A stretch of DNA of 64,000 nt, from contig OX597815.1 of NCBI GenBank assembly GCA_951406725.2, positions 44,950,001 through 45,014,000 of the forward strand. The letters are read 5' to 3'. Under the pieces are notes generated by a model, which was given only the letters and a program-made list of their open reading frames with translations, made no database searches and was not told the DNA's origin. Within the stretch, counting starts at the first letter, position 1, and each line of letters begins with the position of its first letter. This DNA is from Octopus vulgaris (Eukaryota). Shown here in pieces: positions 39,467-53,270 of the stretch. A program made the translations under genes and the position numbers.

Positions 39467-41810
39467 TTGTTTTAGTATGAGTGAGGAAGAGACGTTGATT
39501 TGAACTTTTTAATACGAATAAAATACAAGAGAAATTTTTCGTTTATATTTGTGTTAATAGTATTGTTTCAGTGAGGAGCAGTGAGGTGTATTGTTTCAGT
39601 GGTGGGAAGAGAACAAAGTTGATAAAATTCCCTTGACTCTACAATCATGGACTTATAGTCACCGCCCTTTATAAGCGGCGTCGTATTTGCAGGTTATGGT
39701 ACTGGAATGACTTCTTCCCAGTATGTTTTCTCACCCCTTCCGTGATCAATAAAAATGAATCAAGTGCCTTATATTAGCGGAATACTTTTCTCGGTATTTG
39801 ATCGGATTATCTACATTCAATTCAAACCTCTCTTGGAACCAACTTTACTATTCTTCGTTTTTTCTCGATCGATATAAAAAAATCAAGCCAGAACGGTCGA
39901 TTGGCAGAACCATATGTGGGCGTTGTGATAGTTACAGCAATGCAGGTGTTAAATCACCTGAATGTAAGTCAATTGGCGGCCACCATTGTGACTTCCAGTT
40001 TCGTGCATAAATAGTGTAAGCCTCCCTTGGTCGATGTTATCATGCATCTACACTTCCACGTACCAAACTTATCGGCCTATAATAATCTTGCATGCATGGG
40101 CGGGTAGTCTTCTTCAAAACGTCAGGACCAGGTACGCACGTAGAATAGATACATGAACGTCGGCCAAGGTGGGGCTACGCACTCTATGCACGGAAGTAGA
40201 GATCACAATGGTGCCCGCCTTTTGATTTACATTCAGAGGTAAAAACCGATATCAAATTAAGACGTTACTATTGCTACACTTACTGCTGCTACACATCCTG
40301 AGAGACACTCGGTTGAATAGCTCTCCATCACTAACAGGCACACTCCAGCCCCAGGCCCGCACGAGACCTCTGAAACATTACTGACGATGCATCCCAGAGC
40401 ATCTGCAAGTATTAGTAGTAGTAAGTAGTAAGTAGTAGTTAGGGTTAGGGTTTGATTTTGAAATTAAGGGAAAAAATGCATAGAAAAGATACATATACAT
40501 ACATACACTTACATACACGCACACACGTACACACATGCACACATATATTAATAAATAAAATAAAATTTTAATTAGGACACCAAGTCAGGGTCAAGATTAG
40601 ATCATCATGCATATATCCATGCACATACAGACGTATTTTGAAATTTGCATAAACATGTACATGAACAAATCAAGATATACATCCATATAAATATCCATGT
40701 ATATGAAATTATGCATGCTGGCATGCTGTTTCCCGATCCACTGATTTCCTGACCCAACGTAGGGAAGTTTCTAGGTGTAGTGTTTACACAAAGAAAGAAT
40801 ACAAGTGTGTTAAGCTTCACTACAGCTGTTTCAGACATGTTTTTAAAGATAATGATTTTCATTTGATTATAAACATATTTTGCAAGTAAGAATGTTTCGT
40901 AATTCTTTGACTATGAGTGAGAGAATTGTGTGTGTGTGTGCGCGCGCGTATGTGCGGTTATGTGTGTGCGCAAATGTGTGTGGGTTTGTGTGCATTTTTT
41001 TCGTGTGTACGCGTGAGTCTGTGTGCTTGTGTGTAGATGGAATGATTTAAGATAACCGTCTACATAGATAACTAGCTAGCTGAATACATAAAATAAAAAG
41101 ATCGATTAGATTAGATTAGATTAGATTGATTGGGTGGATGGATGGATGGATGGATGGATGGACGGATGGATGAATGGATGGATGGATGGATGGATGGAAG
41201 ATGGATGAATGGATGGATGGTTGGATGGACGGATGGATGAATGGATGGATGGTTGGATGGACGGATGGATGAATGGATAGATGGATGGAAGGTGGATGGA
41301 TGGATGGATGGATGGACGGACGGACGGATGGATGGATCCCTGGATGGGCGGATGGATAGGTACATAGATGGATGAGATAGCGATAGAGATAAGAGATGGA
41401 TGGATGGATGGATGGATGGATGGATGAATGGATGATCGATGAAATGATGGATCGATGGATGGATCGATGGATGGAAGGATGGATGGAAGGGTAGGTAGAT
41501 GAATGGATGGATGGATGGAGATTGGTAGAGATAAGGATAGCGATAGAGACAAGAGATGGATCGATGGATGGATGGATGGATGGAAGGCTGGATGGATGGA
41601 TGGATGGATAGATAGATGGATGGAGATAGTGATAAGGATAGCGAAAGAAAAAGTGATAGATAGAGATAGATATAGATAGATAAATAGATAGAGAGATCTA
41701 GAGAGAGAGAGAAATGTATGTTTGTTTGTATTACACGTGTGCACCTCTTTATCAGTCTACATGTTCCTAAAAAAGAAACATTGTATAACATCATATATCT
41801 ATATATATAT

Positions 41811-41868
<58 letters not shown>

Positions 41869-41955
41869 GTATATAAGTGCATTTCTTATTGTCAATGTTG
41901 GAGAGGTTTATCGCATTAATTATAAATTCAGTTATATTTTTATTTGAATTATTCT

Positions 41956-42055
41956 NNNNNNNNNNNNNNNNNNNNNNNNNNNNNNNNNNNNNNNNNNNNN
42001 NNNNNNNNNNNNNNNNNNNNNNNNNNNNNNNNNNNNNNNNNNNNNNNNNNNNNNN
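41956..42055. other. Assembly gap (100 N)
   Basis: Run of N. Confidence 1.
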
Positions 42056-42398
42056 TGTGTGTAGTTATCATGTGAGTACGAGAGAGAGGGAGAGAGAGAG
42101 AGATTGATGGATATCTTATGTAATCTGAACTGAACGAGATATTAAAAATATTCGGATGTGACAACGCTTTTACATCGTATACTGAATCTAAAATTACAGT
42201 CCTCGAGTATGTAACAGTCATAAATATTCGAACACCACACGAGGGTCACTGTATAAGCAAGTGTGTGGGTGTGTTTCTGCATGTGTGTGTGTGTGTGTGT
42301 TGTGTGCTACTGCAAATACACACAAGCGATTCGAGGGGACATCAGAAGTCTAGCAAATGAGCATACGCAAGGAAACTAACTGGCACACTCACGCACAT

Positions 42399-42439
<41 letters not shown>

Positions 42440-42736
42440 CACACACAAAAAAACACACACACAAACACACAAATACATTCATACATACATATATATATAT
42501 ATATAGCACAAAGTAAGATAGGGGTTATGGGTGTAAGCCACTATGGGATAGTGGGTTACACTAATGATTTCATTAATTTATATTATGACTTTTATAATTT
42601 GTATTCTTATCTTATATCTTATATGTATTGAATTATAAGATATATATGTATGCTATTGATGTTCTCATTTCGCTAAATGAATAAATAATCCATCATTGAT
42701 GAAGAAACTAAATTTGTTTCTCCATTTTCTTATTTG

Positions 42737-42782
<46 letters not shown>

Positions 42783-42829
42783 ACGCCGAGCATCTTTCAG
42801 TTTCCGTCTACCAAATCCATTCAGAGTAT

Positions 42830-44110
42830 ATATGTAGCAGTTGCCCACAGATATACTCTTTTTCTTTGATTTTGAAAGATATTTATATCTGCAGGGCAGC
42901 TAACATCTATGATGGTACATACCTTTGCCCCTCTGTCCCAAAAAACAATATCCGGCCTCTATGCTTGCATTTGACAGAAGCTTTGATGGGAATATTCCAC
43001 CAGTATTCCTTCAGTTGGTGTTTATGAATGCATTCCATAGCAAAGGGATTTTCTAAGTTTATTTCAGAACAGTCTTTTTTGCGGATGGCATTGTAAATTG
43101 TGTTAGCAAAAACGTCGTTCTGCATAGGAAGGTAGTACCGTGATGACACTTTAGGACAACTGCTAATCACATGCGTAATGTCTTCCCCGGAAACATGGCA
43201 TAGCCTACATATGCGGTTGCACCTTGGGATTACAAAAGCGTCACTGTCTCTCTTGTTCACCAGGTACTTTGCGGCAATCTCACGTTCTTGGATTGCAAAT
43301 GCAAAGCCTTCAAAGTGTGATGTGATGAAGTGGTCTTGTGTCCAAGAGAAACTGCGCTTCGTGTCAATTCTACTGTCTTCTTCAAGCTTCCGAGCAACAT
43401 ACCCATGCGTGGGCTTTTTCTTTTAGTATGCTGCGTACTTTCCATTGAAGTCTTCTCTGAGATAAGAGATCTCAGCTGTTTTGCGGCTGTATAGGAAATC
43501 ATCAGGAAGAGAGTGTTTCCCAAGGAGTTCACTGCCAACTCGTACAATGTTGCTCACTTCACTTTTCAGCACTGCATTAATATATTTGTTTTTGCTGCTG
43601 TTGTTTAGCAAGTGCTGTCTGGGTGATACCATACGACATTCGAAGGCCGTCTGCACTGATCTCAGGCCTCTTCCACCTTCATTTCTTCTTAGATAGAACC
43701 TGTCAACATCACTGTTTTTGTAGAAGTTCCCAGTTGTTTTCAGGATTTTGCAGGTTTTGATATCTATGGAGTGGATTTCCTCTACAGACCAATCAAGTAT
43801 CCCAAATGTTGGGATCAACACTGGCACTGAAAATGCATTGTGGGATATTGTTTTGTTGTAAGAGGAGAGTTCCAACTGTCACATTTTCGTAAGTCTAGTG
43901 TAATATTCTCGGGTCACTGTCTTTATTCACAGTGGCCTCATATGATACATTTTCGTCTATGCCTAGGTACTTGTAACATTCTTTGTGTGAAACGGGGGAG
44001 ATAGAGAAACCGTTGATGCACAGGTTCTGCGTTTTGGAGACTGACTTTCCTCGTTCTATAACCAAATATCAACACTTCTTTTGGCCAAATTCCATGCCTC
44101 TATTAGCTGA
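42830..44110 (-). mobile_element. R4/Dong-type RLE LINE pseudogene (RT C-terminus, CCHC finger, RLE endonuclease)
   Basis: GMEFGQKKC, YKYLGIDE, DVDRFYLRRNEGGRGL, CRLCHVSGEDITHVISSCP, WWNIPI..PDIV..SCPAD, with frameshifts and stops. Confidence 0.9.
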
Positions 44111-44202
44111 AAATGTGTGTATCTATGGATGGATGGATGGATGGATGGGAGGGCGTGTATGTGCGTGTGTGTATGTGCGTGCGCGTGTGCGTATAACCAC
44201 CA

Positions 44203-44470
44203 AGCGCGTTGCATAGTGGCTAAGGTGTCGCCCTCAGGATCGCGAGACCTTGGTTTCGATTCCTCGACTAGGCATTGCGTTTTGTTCTTGAGCAAAACAC
44301 TTTACCTCATGTTGCTTTGTGATCTGTTCAACCTCTGACATGTGGTACACCGTTCACATGTAAAGGTAATGCCGATTTGAGGAAAGGAGTGAGCTAATGC
44401 ATGACATAAACATTTGACCACTATAAACATATCACATGTACAGGTGGTTCAGTAAGAAATTGCAGGAAAG
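44203..44470 (+). mobile_element. tRNA-derived SINE
   Basis: A box GCATAGTGGCTAAGG, B box GGTTTCGATTCC, then CTTGAGCAAAACACTT. Confidence 0.7.
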
Positions 44471-44968
44471 TATGTGTTGTGAGTATGTATGTATGTATGT
44501 ATGTATGTATGTATGTATATGTGTATGTGTGTGCGTGTGTGCGTGCGGTGTGTATTAATGCATTGCACACCATTTTCTTGTTTCGTTTTCTTTCTCTTTG
44601 ATCTGTTTTTGTTGTTGTTGTTTTTGTTTTGGTGGTGTAAAACAAAAAAAGAAAATACACAGAACATTTTAGCTGTGACCGAGTTTTTCTATCCTGACTT
44701 GAAACTTACCCGGTTGAAATGCAGTTTTCTGCTCACGAAAAATTTCATAAGAAACATATAATATTAACTCAGTGTTAACTTTACACAGTGATGCATTTTT
44801 TTAAAAATTGTATACATATCTGAATACTTATAAACTTGTTACCAGTTCAAATATGCTTAGAGCATAATGGAACCCGTAAGAAAGTCATTCCTTGTATTTT
44901 GTCATGGAGGAAATTTCTTGTTGCAGACAAATAGGTGCAAACACACCAAATCAGAGTCCGAAGCACTC

Positions 44969-45031
44969 GACAGCTTGTCTAATGGATGCATGCATTTCGA
45001 AGTGACCGTCTCTTCTTCAGCATCAGCTGCC
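44969..45031 (-). ncRNA. Type I hammerhead ribozyme
   Basis: GGCAG-CTGATG-CTGAAGA-A-GAG(ACGGTCAC)TTC-GAAA-TGCATGCA-TC^CATTAG-(ACAAG)-CTGTC. Stem III is palindromic and stem I is bulged. Confidence 0.7.
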
Positions 45032-45160
45032 GGAAAGAGGAACGCTACGAGCTGATAGGAGATGGACATCTCGTATTCTAATTCCTGTCGTCGTACTATG
45101 ACTGGTTGCACCAATCGGTGGCTCGCTGTAAATTTATATATATATATATATATTTAACAT

Positions 45161-45326
45161 GACGGGCTTATTTCAATTTCGGTACGTCAAATCCACTCAT
45201 TGAGGGTTTGATCGGCCCGGGACTGTAGTAAAAGGCACTTGCCGAATTTGTCGCGCAGGGGGAACTGAACCCGAGACCGCTTGGTTGAAAGGAAAGCTTT
45301 TTAAACACATAACAAAGCCTGCGCCT
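45161..45326 (-). mobile_element. tRNA-derived SINE head (diverged); related copies 52395-52707 and 63025-63297, both minus
   Basis: Reverse complement of the SINE family seen at 7116-7830. Confidence 0.75.
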
Positions 45327-45848
45327 CTATAATCACTGTCTTAACATTTCATAGCAAAATTAAAATTGCACATTTATGAAAAATGATATATCTTGTATTA
45401 CAACACTATGTAATAATATACTAAAGGCTAATTATCATTGATATACCAAGTAACCAGACGATTGTGCTATGAATATTCAGAGCTGTTGAGCTAAGGTACT
45501 ACTTGAAACTTGACATTTAACTTTAAGCCTGCATTTAGTGAACGTAATTACACCACTTTGAACTAATTAATACCCTTTGATTAGACTGCTGTCATGCGGT
45601 AACATTTAAGTCATACCTCCATTTGAATTAGTATTTAATTTCGTTTACTACAGTTTCACCTGGTAATATTTTATTCCCCATCTGTATTACAGTAACAGGG
45701 AACGGTAACATTATATAAATGTTGGAGGAATACATTTCTTAATAACAGCAATTACAATTTAATTTGATCTAATATGATTTAATTGAATATAATTTAATAT
45801 ATTTTTTAGCTAATTTACTTCCAGTCACTACAGTTTTATTAGGTAACA

Positions 45849-46342
45849 CAGTACTGGGTCTCTTATCCGGCTTCCAGAAATCCGAAGTTACTAAAAATCT
45901 GGCTATTTCTGAAATTGGCTGGTTTTGAATTTCGCAAGCTAGCTTTGTTGGTTAATCCGCATATGGTGTTAAAAATAATTTTGCTCTTTACGTTTTTAAC
46001 GTAGATTGATTAAAGATCAAACAGATTCTACTTTAGAAGTGTATTAATTTTACCTGAATATTAAATTTTTCTTCATTTAATTTTCATCTGATAAACATTT
46101 TACTGTATATATGACATATTTTAGGGTATATTTTAAGTATTTCAAGTAGATTAATGAATATCAAAAAGACCCTACTTTAGAAGTGTATTAATATGAATTT
46201 GTTAAATACATTTTAGTTCTTTACTTTAGACAGTTTATTTTATATTTTAAGCACATATCTAGGATGTCTCGATAAAATCGGAAAATCCAGAAATCCTACC
46301 CATTTCCTGTCGCAAACTTGCCAGATATTTAGCCCAGTATTG
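45849..46342. mobile_element. Tc1/pogo-type MITE
   Basis: TIRs CAGTACTGGGTCTCTTATCCGGC / GCCAGATATTTAGCCCAGTATTG, followed by TA. Confidence 0.6.
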
Positions 46343-46710
46343 TAGTTAAAATATTCCTTCTTAATTAATCATCTTTAATAATTTCAATTTTCAGTTACAA
46401 TTACTTCTTTGATATCCCTGTACCAATACTGGTGATGATTTCGAGAATATGCACAAAGTCACATTTGTGATTTATCAATAATCCTGAACGCCTTCCTCAA
46501 GCCACAACCAACCAGCATAAAAAAGACACATTGGATAATGTAGCCTTTGGTAGACTGGCTTGTCACGTCTGAGATGCCTTTGATCACAGATACACTAGAT
46601 CAGGGTTGATCTGGAATTCAAATGATACAAAGAAAAAAAACCTCAGTGTTATTTCTGAATCAAAGGTAAGAGGACAAAATTTAAAAAGTTTGAAAATTAT
46701 GTAAATTAAT

Positions 46711-46927
46711 ATTGGTTTCAGATTTTGGCACAAAGCCAGCAACTTTGGGGAAGGGTCTAAGTCGATTACATCGATTTTAGTGTTCAAGTGGTACTTATTT
46801 TATCGATCCCGAAAGGATGAAAAGCAAAGTCAACCTCGGGAGAATTTGCATTCAAAACGTCTTTACAGATGAAATGCCGCTAAGCATTTTGCCTGGTGTG
46901 CTACCGACACTGCCAGCTCGCAGTCTT
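46711..46927 (-). mobile_element. Second tRNA-derived SINE family; other copies 47851-48053(+), 53769-53987(-), 57975-58172(-), 58482-58688(-)
   Basis: Shared GAGCTGGCAGAATCGTTAGCA...GAGTTCAAATTC..GTCGAC..CCTTTCGGGGTCGATAAAATAAGTACC...TTGTGCCAAAATTTGAAACCAAT. Confidence 0.85.
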
Positions 46928-47013
46928 ACTCCAACCACATATTGACAACTGTTACCCCTTCTTTTTATCACTTAATTTTCCTTATTCCTACCTTCAGCTT
47001 AGCTTTGTCTATA

Positions 47014-47495
47014 TAGTAATCCCTCGCCATATCGCGGTTCACCTATCGCGCACTGAGTACATCGCGGATTTTTCCGGCTAATATATGTATATTTATATAG
47101 CGGATTCCTCAGTATATCGCGGGTTTCTGCGGCTGATTGGTATTTATAGTTTTTTAGACTTTGATAATTTCTGTAAAATAAACATTTCCACGCCTAAAAT
47201 TAACAAATTAATAAATAAAAAGGAGTACAATACTGCACAGTATAACACATTAATCAAAGTATGTAGTGTACCGTAGATGAGCAAACAAAGAATCGCACGT
47301 ACTGCATGGAAAACGAAACTCGGGAGGCGAGTGTGTGGTATTGTTTTGCATTTATAAAATAAATATATACAAATTATAAAAATTATAAAAAATATTAAAC
47401 AATTTATACAGTTCAGTACTGTTTCTACTTCGCGGATTTTCACGTATCGCGTAAGATTTGGGAGTGTAACACCCACGATAATCGAAGGATTACTG
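47014..47495. mobile_element. Tigger/pogo-like MITE
   Basis: TA|TAGTAATCCCTCG...CGAAGGATTACTG|TA TIRs with a TA target duplication. Confidence 0.75.
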
Positions 47496-49098
47496 TATAT
47501 CTATACATAATCCAATATCTCTAACTATCCCGCTCCTTGAAAACAAATTTTGTTCGAATAAGTTATTCTATACTCACATAAATCCCGTCATTTTTAACAG
47601 GTACTTTGCTGATATAGTATTGATATTCTAATAGCGAGTTGTTTTCTTGTGAAATTGATGAAATTATTTGTGAAATTAATTCAAGACCAACATTTTTTAA
47701 CAGGTCCTATAAATACGGAAACCACTCCATTAATCCAAAGAATCTAGTGATTCGTCTAAAATAATATATTGTATTTAAAGCCACGGTATCGCTCTGACTG
47801 AATGCATGCAAAATCCACCTCTCCAAAAGTTTATGAATTTATTGCTCATAACGAGCTGGCAGAATCGTTACCGTATCGGATAAATGCTTTGCAGAATGTC
47901 TTCGGGCTCTTTACATTCTGAGTTCAAATGCCGTCGATGTCACCCCTTTACCTTCTATCTTTTCGAGGTTGATAAAATAAAGTACTAGTTAAGTATTTAA
48001 GGTGAATGTAATCAACAAAAATTGCTTGCCTAATGCTAAAATTTGTAACCGTTATATGAAACAGAATAATATTTGATGATTTTGTGGTAGTCACAAAGGT
48101 CACACGAAGCATATGACTTACCTGTCGATAACCCCCTCCGATAAAGATTAGAAGGTTGAAATAGCAGTAAAATCAACAAAAGCCTTCAGTTTTCTGGTGT
48201 CGTTTCTTAGCACCGATAACACGAAAAGGACAAAACGTTTGCAATATCAATCGGTCTTGTCGTTCTAGATGAAACAAGTGCTATTGTAATGTGCAGTTCC
48301 CTGCTAAACACAAAGATGACATTGCATATTTAACATGAATGTTTTTACTTTTAGTGCTAATTTCAGCTCATTCTATGCACAAAGACCAGGAATGAGGGAC
48401 AGTCAAGACTAGTGTAACATTGATAGTCAAAATAGATATATTTTGACACTTTTCTCCATGCTAAAACAATAAATGTAATAAGTAAAAATGGCCAACAACA
48501 AAGACAGACGAAAAAGAATAAATATTAATTAACCCATTCAACCTCACTTAGATGTGTTGTTTAAACGCTGTAGACTGCGATGAGCGTCCCGAAAAATCAT
48601 TTCGTGTAAACGACAAATGCTAAAAAGGCAAAAGGCTTCAAAATTCTATCGGTTGACGAAATTCCTTTAGCATTGCAAGCTGCCACTACCGTATCACATG
48701 ATTTCATCATATTGCAGATCATCAGCGGCAGTTAGCCAAGCACCGAATGCCAGACTAAAGAAATATCCTCCGTTATAATTATTTGATGTTACCTTTCATT
48801 TAACTGGGGTCAATAAAATAAATATTATAGTGGCAGATCCATGTAACTGACTATACCCCACAAATAATGGCACTGTGCTTACAATAAAAATCATTAAAAT
48901 TTTGTGCCTGTTAATATGCATAATATAATAATATAATTCTTACTTTATTAATACAAGGTCATTACCAGTTCAACTACACTTGGAGCATATTCGAACCTGT
49001 AAGAAAACCATTCACTGTGTTTTGTCATGGAGAAAATTTTGCCCTGAAGACAAATGGCGTAAATACGCAAAAAAACCCCCAGCTCTCGGCTACCCAAT

Positions 49099-49146
49099 CT
49101 GTGAGATGCAAACATTTCGGAGGGTTTATATCCTCTTCAGTCGCAG
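49099..49146 (-). ncRNA. Type I hammerhead ribozyme
   Basis: CTGCGA-CTGAAGA-GGA(TATAAACCC)TCC-GAAA-TG(TTTG)CA-TC^TCACAG. All core nucleotides are canonical, and the flanking GCTACCCA/TGGGTAGC extends stem I. Confidence 0.8.
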
Positions 49147-51688
49147 AAACCGGACAGGGTGGGTAGCTTAGCGCTACCAACCCGTTACCTTATTTTATTA
49201 TATCACTTGTTAGGGTTATCTCCACAATTATTCTATAAAAGTTATAGCCAGCACTGATATTTGTTACGACGTTTCGTATCCGAGACCTCAGATGTAGACA
49301 AGCAATGAGATCGAAGATTAAAAAAAAGGGGGTAATGGGTATATATGCCATATTTCGGGAATTTTTGCCCCTTCATCAGCACGTATCTAACCTCTTAATC
49401 AGCCATGAACACATTGCTTAAATAGCCACTCAATACAGCGATGTAACGTTACTGGATACATCAATTTTACATATCAAACATATTCCTGGAAGCTGGTACG
49501 TAAATATTAATCACTTGTAGAGAGGCGGTCTTTCATATTGTTGTATATTATGGTTGTATAACGAAATACCGCGTCCCTACGAGTCATTATTATTTTATTA
49601 TACATGTTTTGGAGCATGAAGAATGCTTGTTTCGTTATATAAATTTACTCATTTTGTCTATAATTAACTGTCTTTAACCAGTGTAGGAATAACAATCAAA
49701 ACGAGAACCAACAGTGTTGCAACTTACACGACCAGATGTGTCACAATAAAAACTTCCTCACAATTATAATTACTGTAAGAAACAAACGGAAAATAAGCTC
49801 AAAATCATGTCTTCTAGTTCAAATTTATTACCATATCATCTGCAATGATGTCCACCTGTTCTAATAATATGTTTCCACGCCGTTAGGAGTCATATGAGCT
49901 ACCATATCAAAGTTTGGGTAGCATATGTTGCTGTCGTATCATGTCATTCTGTTTCATGAACATCTGTTTAAATGGTATTTGTTGCTTTATCTGTTGGTAT
50001 CTTCCCATAAATACTACCGTATCATGTGTTAATAAATAACAGAATTCTCATTAACAAATATTTCATTCCCGTATCATTTGTCATATATCATATGCTGTGT
50101 TAACTAATTTCTAATCCTTCATAAACTCTTTTCTATTGATATATTTATTATTCGTAAATGATTTATTATCTGTAATTATATCCACTACTGCTTTGTATTG
50201 GTTAATGGCAATAACTTGCATATCTAATTATTGATATATCAACTTAAACAACAGTATCTCTGCTATATGACAATTTTGTAATGGAGATCGATTTCTGCAT
50301 ATATTGATGACGTGACACACTTGTTATGATACGCCACAGAAATGAAGCGATTTATGCTGCTACTTTGAAGTAATATGAGATGAGAACTGTGATACACGTA
50401 TTAACAGCAAGTAGGTGGCTGTGTATTCTTTTACCTTCAATGGCAACGCCATGCCGGCTAGTATTTTATCGTTGAACGGAGAATCTGGTTGAAGTGCTTG
50501 GGTTTAGTTCAGTTCAGACCTCAAGATGGAGAAAAACAAAAATGTGAGTACAACAAGGATGATCAACATTACAGAGAAACGAGTGGAGAAAATATCACTA
50601 ATGGGTCTGACGAAGATGGGAAATATTTTTTGCCTTATTTGTTGTAGGGGTGGTAGTCGTATATTATTGATTGATTGATCAGTGTGCCGTGTTCCAGATC
50701 TCATCTGACTTAACTGAAACATTTGTTAATTCATTATGATGTAAGGAACAGGTTTATTTAGTAACAAGGACCAAATGCTGCCAGTACAAACTCCTAGGGA
50801 TTCTCAGACACCGTCGCTAATGATGCACACGTATGTGCTAAATCTACGATATCTCTACAGATTACTGAATGTTGGGTAATGTGGGTGACATTTTCCAACT
50901 CCGTATCTATTATGCTTGACACAAGATTACAGAGCTAGAGATGGCCTGTAATATTATGACGTGCATAAAGTGACGAGTGCTTGACATCTTGGTTATTACC
51001 AGGCATTCACAGCAATATTAATTGGGAAGTGTGGACCATGGAATATATTCGCATTCTAGTGAAACTTAGCGAAGAATATGAGCAATGATATTATTGGGTA
51101 TACACTGGGCATCGATGAGGTTGTACTGGATAATCTTTTTCCGGAGGACTTAGCGGCCGGAGATTAGCTTCATGGACACGGCAGTGCCATCAACCTAACT
51201 CTAACGCACTATGCAGAGAACGCTATTCAGTGTGCACGGATTGCTAACGCTGAAATATATTGAATAGTTGATATCGCATCTAGAATGATACTGAGCGATG
51301 TCAGATTCTATTGTGACGATTGATCCACCATACAAGAGCTGGTTGATTCCCTACGCACGGTAAGTGCCATGTGGTAGTGCATGTGATTGAAAGAATTAAG
51401 AACAAGTTTTTCTCTTTCTTCTCTTTATCTACAAACCTTAATACTTCAGGTTAAAATGAAAGTTGAGAAAATAGAGAGAAGTGCTTTACTTCAGGCAAAT
51501 TTTATGAAAGATAGGTGAGATTAGCGAACATTGCATAAGAGGACTGAGCCTTTACCTCTGAATGGAAATTAAAACCGAAAGAAGAGGGTAGTGGTAATTG
51601 GGTTGCAGCGTTATTTTCTGTCTGACACCCGGTATATATGTATGTATGTTTGTATGTATGTATGTATGTATGTATGTATGTATGTATG

Positions 51689-51719
<31 letters not shown>

Positions 51720-51770
51720 GTATGTATCTATGTATGTATGTATTTAGGTAGGTAGGTAGGTAGGTAGGTA

Positions 51771-51813
<43 letters not shown>

Positions 51814-51917
51814 CTACGTACGTACGTATGTACATACATACATATATATTTATATATATAGAGAGAGAGATTTATCATTATGAATATGTGTGTATGTATA
51901 TATGTAAATATAGATTC

Positions 51918-51977
<60 letters not shown>

Positions 51978-52156
51978 GTGTATTTAAATATACAAACGTG
52001 TACATATATCTATATATATATATATATATATATGTATGTTAAATTCAACTTACGTTGAAAGTCAGCAAAGTTTGCTTTGGAAGCGCTAAGATGCATTGAA
52101 AGACACAGATAAGGAAACAATTTTATTCTCAAACGCAGGATAATTCCAATAGTATA

Positions 52157-52233
52157 AGCATGAACAGGATAAACCATCCATATTTTGCAGAAAACTTTGT
52201 CGGCGGCCAGCGGCTGGCCGCCGACAGTTTTGT

Positions 52234-52278
<45 letters not shown>

Positions 52279-52311
52279 TGCAAAATATGGATAGTTTATC
52301 TTGTTCATGCT
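52157..52311. repeat. Palindromic element with a GC-rich central hairpin (52191-52231) and a (TG)n insertion
   Basis: TGTCGGCGGCCAGC-G-GCTGGCCGCCGACA; outer arms AGCATGAACAGGATAAACCATCCATATTTTGCA / TGCAAAATATGGATAGTTTATCTTGTTCATGCT. Confidence 0.75.
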
Positions 52312-52712
52312 ATGTTATTGTCATATATATGTATGTATGTATATATATATCTATGCTTATGTATATATATTACTCTTTACTCTCTTTTACTCTTTTACTT
52401 GTTTCAGTCATTTGATTGCGGCCATGCTGGAGCACCGCCTTTAGTCGAGTAAATCAATCCCAGGACTTATTCTTTGTAAGCCTAGTACTTATTCTATCGG
52501 TCTCTTTTGCCGAACCGCTAAGTTATGGGGACGTAAACACACCAGCATTGGTTGTCAAGCGATGTTGGCGGAGAAACACAGACACACAAACATATATGCA
52601 CACATACATATATGTATATATATATATATACATCTATACGATGGGTTTCTCTCAGTTTCCGTCAACCAAATCCACTCACAAGGCTCTGGTCGGCCCGAGG
52701 CTATAGTTCATT

Positions 52713-52786
<74 letters not shown>

Positions 52787-52899
52787 GTTTGTGTGTGTGT
52801 GTGTGTTCTTTAAATCGATTATTGTAATATCATATTCAATTACAACTAAGTCACCAGAGATGCTAGACTTCATAACACTTGATAACATCTGGCTCCTCT

Positions 52900-53270
52900 T
52901 TCTCTTCGCAGCCAGAAACTAATTTAATCCAGAACAGGTTCTGGTTGTCTATGATGTTTAACTGAGACGCACAATGGAATACTATTGCCAGATCTGGAAT
53001 AGAGCTTTTGCCAAACACACGCTCACGATCATCTAAGAGGAAACCCATCTGGTTAATTAGTAATGACCCACTCGCCAACTTCTATTGCACGCATGGAGTG
53101 TCTCGTTTTCACCGTCTGTCGATGTTACAAAGGTCACTGCTCTTCAGAACCAACTGGTTACATTCCATTTTCACCTCAACCCACACGACACGCACGTCTC
53201 TTCTCATTTTGTCGTCACCCAAGCTCCTTCCTCACCCAACAATCGTTCTGCTTTAGAAAGTCAAGCCTCA
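52900..53270 (-). mobile_element. Possible highly decayed RTE-clade LINE 3' fragment
   Basis: Weak motifs only (LLGEEGAWVTTK resembling LLYGSEAW; VEVKM). Confidence 0.3.
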
